Assembly (NCBI GenBank): GCA_012295275.1
Contig: CM022674.1
Coordinates: 10,354,001 to 10,418,000, forward strand
Length of the DNA stretch: 64,000 bases
Source: Chrysomallon squamiferum
Lineage: Eukaryota; Animalia; Mollusca
Direction: 5' to 3'
The translations under genes and the position numbers were made by a program. Under the pieces are notes generated by a model. The model saw only the letters and a program-made list of their open reading frames with translations, did no database searches and was not told where the DNA came from. This document shows, piece after piece, positions 62,301-64,000 of the stretch; position 1 is the stretch's first letter, and the number at the start of each line of letters is the position of its first letter.

Positions 62301-62953
62301 AATTACAACTTCAAGGTTGCGAGACATAATAACATAAAGTTAGAAGATAGAGACGGCACAGGAAAAGACCAATATTCCCTGGACAAGTTGTTTGATCAAT
62401 TGCATTATGATGTAGAAATCTTTGAAGATTTATCTCGAAAGGTATGTTTTTTAAGCAAACTCTATCCTGCATGAATATGAAATAATTCTATACATTTTAT
62501 TTCTAAACAGTTATTTTACTGCAATGATTTTCATAGTTTTATTCTTAATTTTTTTTAAAGATAAGAATAAAATATTGTTTTTCATTTTTATAGTTTGTTT
62601 GTATCATTAGTTTTCTCTAATGTGTTCTAATTTCACTAATTTAATTAAAATGTATATCATATACTGCAGTAAGTCTTTATTTTACACAGTTTTTATTTCA
62701 TATTAATTAAGGTTTTTTTCATATAATTTTATTTAGAAACTTTTAGATACGATTCAAGCCATTGCTCAAAAAGATCACAGTGCCTATGACAGTTTTGTTT
62801 TTGTTATTCTGACCCATGGAGAGAAAGATAATATTTATGGAGTAGATGGAGAATGTCTACCAATCAGTTCAATCATATCTTCTTTTAATGGGTCAAACTG
62901 TCCAACCCTGGTAGGAAAGCCCAAACTGTTCTTCTTCCAGGCTTGTCAAGGAG
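57722..62953 (+). CDS. CARD-containing initiator caspase (caspase-2/-9-like), 3' part beyond the last exon seen
   Basis: Exons 57722-57856, 60186-60435, 61247-61353, 62252-62441, 62737-62953. CARD (LLTTLPRRGENAFDKFYEVL); p20 motifs PRGKAVIINN, RDGT..D, VILTHG, CPTLVGKPKLFFFQACQG. The 61353/62252 junction is off by one base; p10 exons are not in the window. Confidence 0.9.
58918..59305 (+). mobile_element. Second, shorter Tigger-family derivative
   Basis: TA|CAGTGGTACCTTGA...AAGTCAAAGTACCACTA. Internal sequence is the reverse complement of parts of 54223-54958 (e.g. ACAACATCCGGCCAGCATCC, CTCGGTCACGGAA). Followed by (TA)n. Confidence 0.85.
60450..60680. repeat. Degenerate ~38-bp AT-rich minisatellite just after a caspase donor
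   Basis: Recurring TTAAATAATTATTATTGTTAAATT..TGT.TTTTTCTT, 5-6 decayed copies. Confidence 0.6.
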
Positions 62954-63324
62954 GTAAGCAAAGTTTTGGTTACAGATATTTATATCTTGCAGTAAATAAA
63001 CTTTATCAATGAGTGCATCATACTTCTTTCTGTTCTATTCTTTAGGAACTGTTTACATTTATTTTTTTTATATTTTGGTATGGCTACAATCTTTAGATCC
63101 TGCAGTTATCTTTTTTAATCAAAATTGGCAAGGTTACAACTTTTCATTTTACTGGGCGATTTAAAATGGAATGACCCCAAAATATTCATATCATTATTTT
63201 TTTTTATATAACATGTTTGAGATGTAACCATAAAATTGTTTCTTTTTAAATATTTCTTAATAAATCTTTTGTTGGTAATGAAGGTAATACAAAAAGTAGA
63301 TCTAGCTTATAAGTCTGTTTTATA

Positions 63325-63757
63325 TGTGACTTGTATGATCTTTTGAATGCAACATACTGTGGGCAGTTTTGAATGTGACATGTAACATGTTTTGAAGATG
63401 ACATGTAACATGTTTTGAAACTGACATGTAACATGTTTTGAAATTGACATGTAACATGTTTTGAAGGTGATTTGTACATCTTTTGAAGGTGACTTGTACA
63501 TCTTTTGAAGGTGACTTGCACTGTTTTGAAGGAGACATGTACCATGTTTTGAAGGTGACATGTACCATGTTTTGAAGGTGACATGTACCATGTTCTGAAG
63601 GTGACATGTACCATGTTTTGAATGTGACTTGTACCATATTTTGAAGGTGATATATACCATATGACTTGTAACATGATTTGAAGGTGGCTTGTACCTTGTT
63701 TTGAATGAGACTTGTACCATGTTTTGAATGTGACTTGTACCATGTTTTGAATGTGAT
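63325..63757. repeat. 23-bp minisatellite, ~18 copies
   Basis: Unit CATGTTTTGAAGGTGACATGTAC (period 23 at 63541/63564/63587; some 21-22-bp variants). Confidence 0.95.
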
Positions 63758-64000
63758 TTTAACAAATGTTAGTTTTGGCCCTCAGATTATTTTTAACAAA
63801 ACAGTGTATAAGACCTTTTTCTTGAACAGTGGCAGGTATAATGAAGTTTGTATTAAACTTTTTCACATTAGTCCAGTTATTTGGTTGGTTTAAAGGACTC
63901 TCCAGTTCTTATTAATACAATATGTTGATGATGTAACAGAGTTTTTGGTAAGCAGTCATTTTTCTTATAAAAGAATATTTTAATAATATTACTAGAATGG

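Noticed and set aside
63246-63765. Three overlapping 105-165-aa minus-strand ORFs with repeating TCHLQNMVHVTFKTWYMSPSKHG
   Set aside because: Artefact of a 23-bp unit with no stop in any minus frame; the period rotates through frames, so all three ORFs share one peptide.

Overview
AT-rich, intron-rich animal genomic DNA (invertebrate; the microsatellite load, repeat families and protein style suggest a mollusc/lophotrochozoan, which is inference only). I could splice six protein-coding genes by hand: CDK11 (+, 15 coding exons, ~792 aa), CCDC150 (+, 20 coding exons, ~1049 aa), CCDC115/VMA22 (-, single coding exon), FBXO42 (+, 8 exons), a 186-aa signal-peptide/GPI-type folate-receptor-domain protein (-, 4 exons), and the 5' part of a CARD initiator caspase (+, runs off the window). 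Introns and intergenic DNA carry a piggyBac relic, three Sola2-like elements with 4-bp TSDs, a TIR element with a 7-bp TSD, two Tigger derivatives, a probable 8-bp-TSD MITE and two Gypsy pol relics. The most unusual signals are: (1) repeated local tandem duplications that copy RNA-processing signals (three splice acceptors, one donor, and a poly(A)-signal ladder), with the AG often destroyed in the decoy copies; (2) a Sola2 copy whose spacer has dense micro-deletions but almost no substitutions; (3) a Sola2 copy containing an inverted copy of its own flank; (4) a candidate structured intronic RNA in CDK11. No CRISPR array, tRNA or rRNA was seen. All calls come from reading the sequence by eye; no searches were run.
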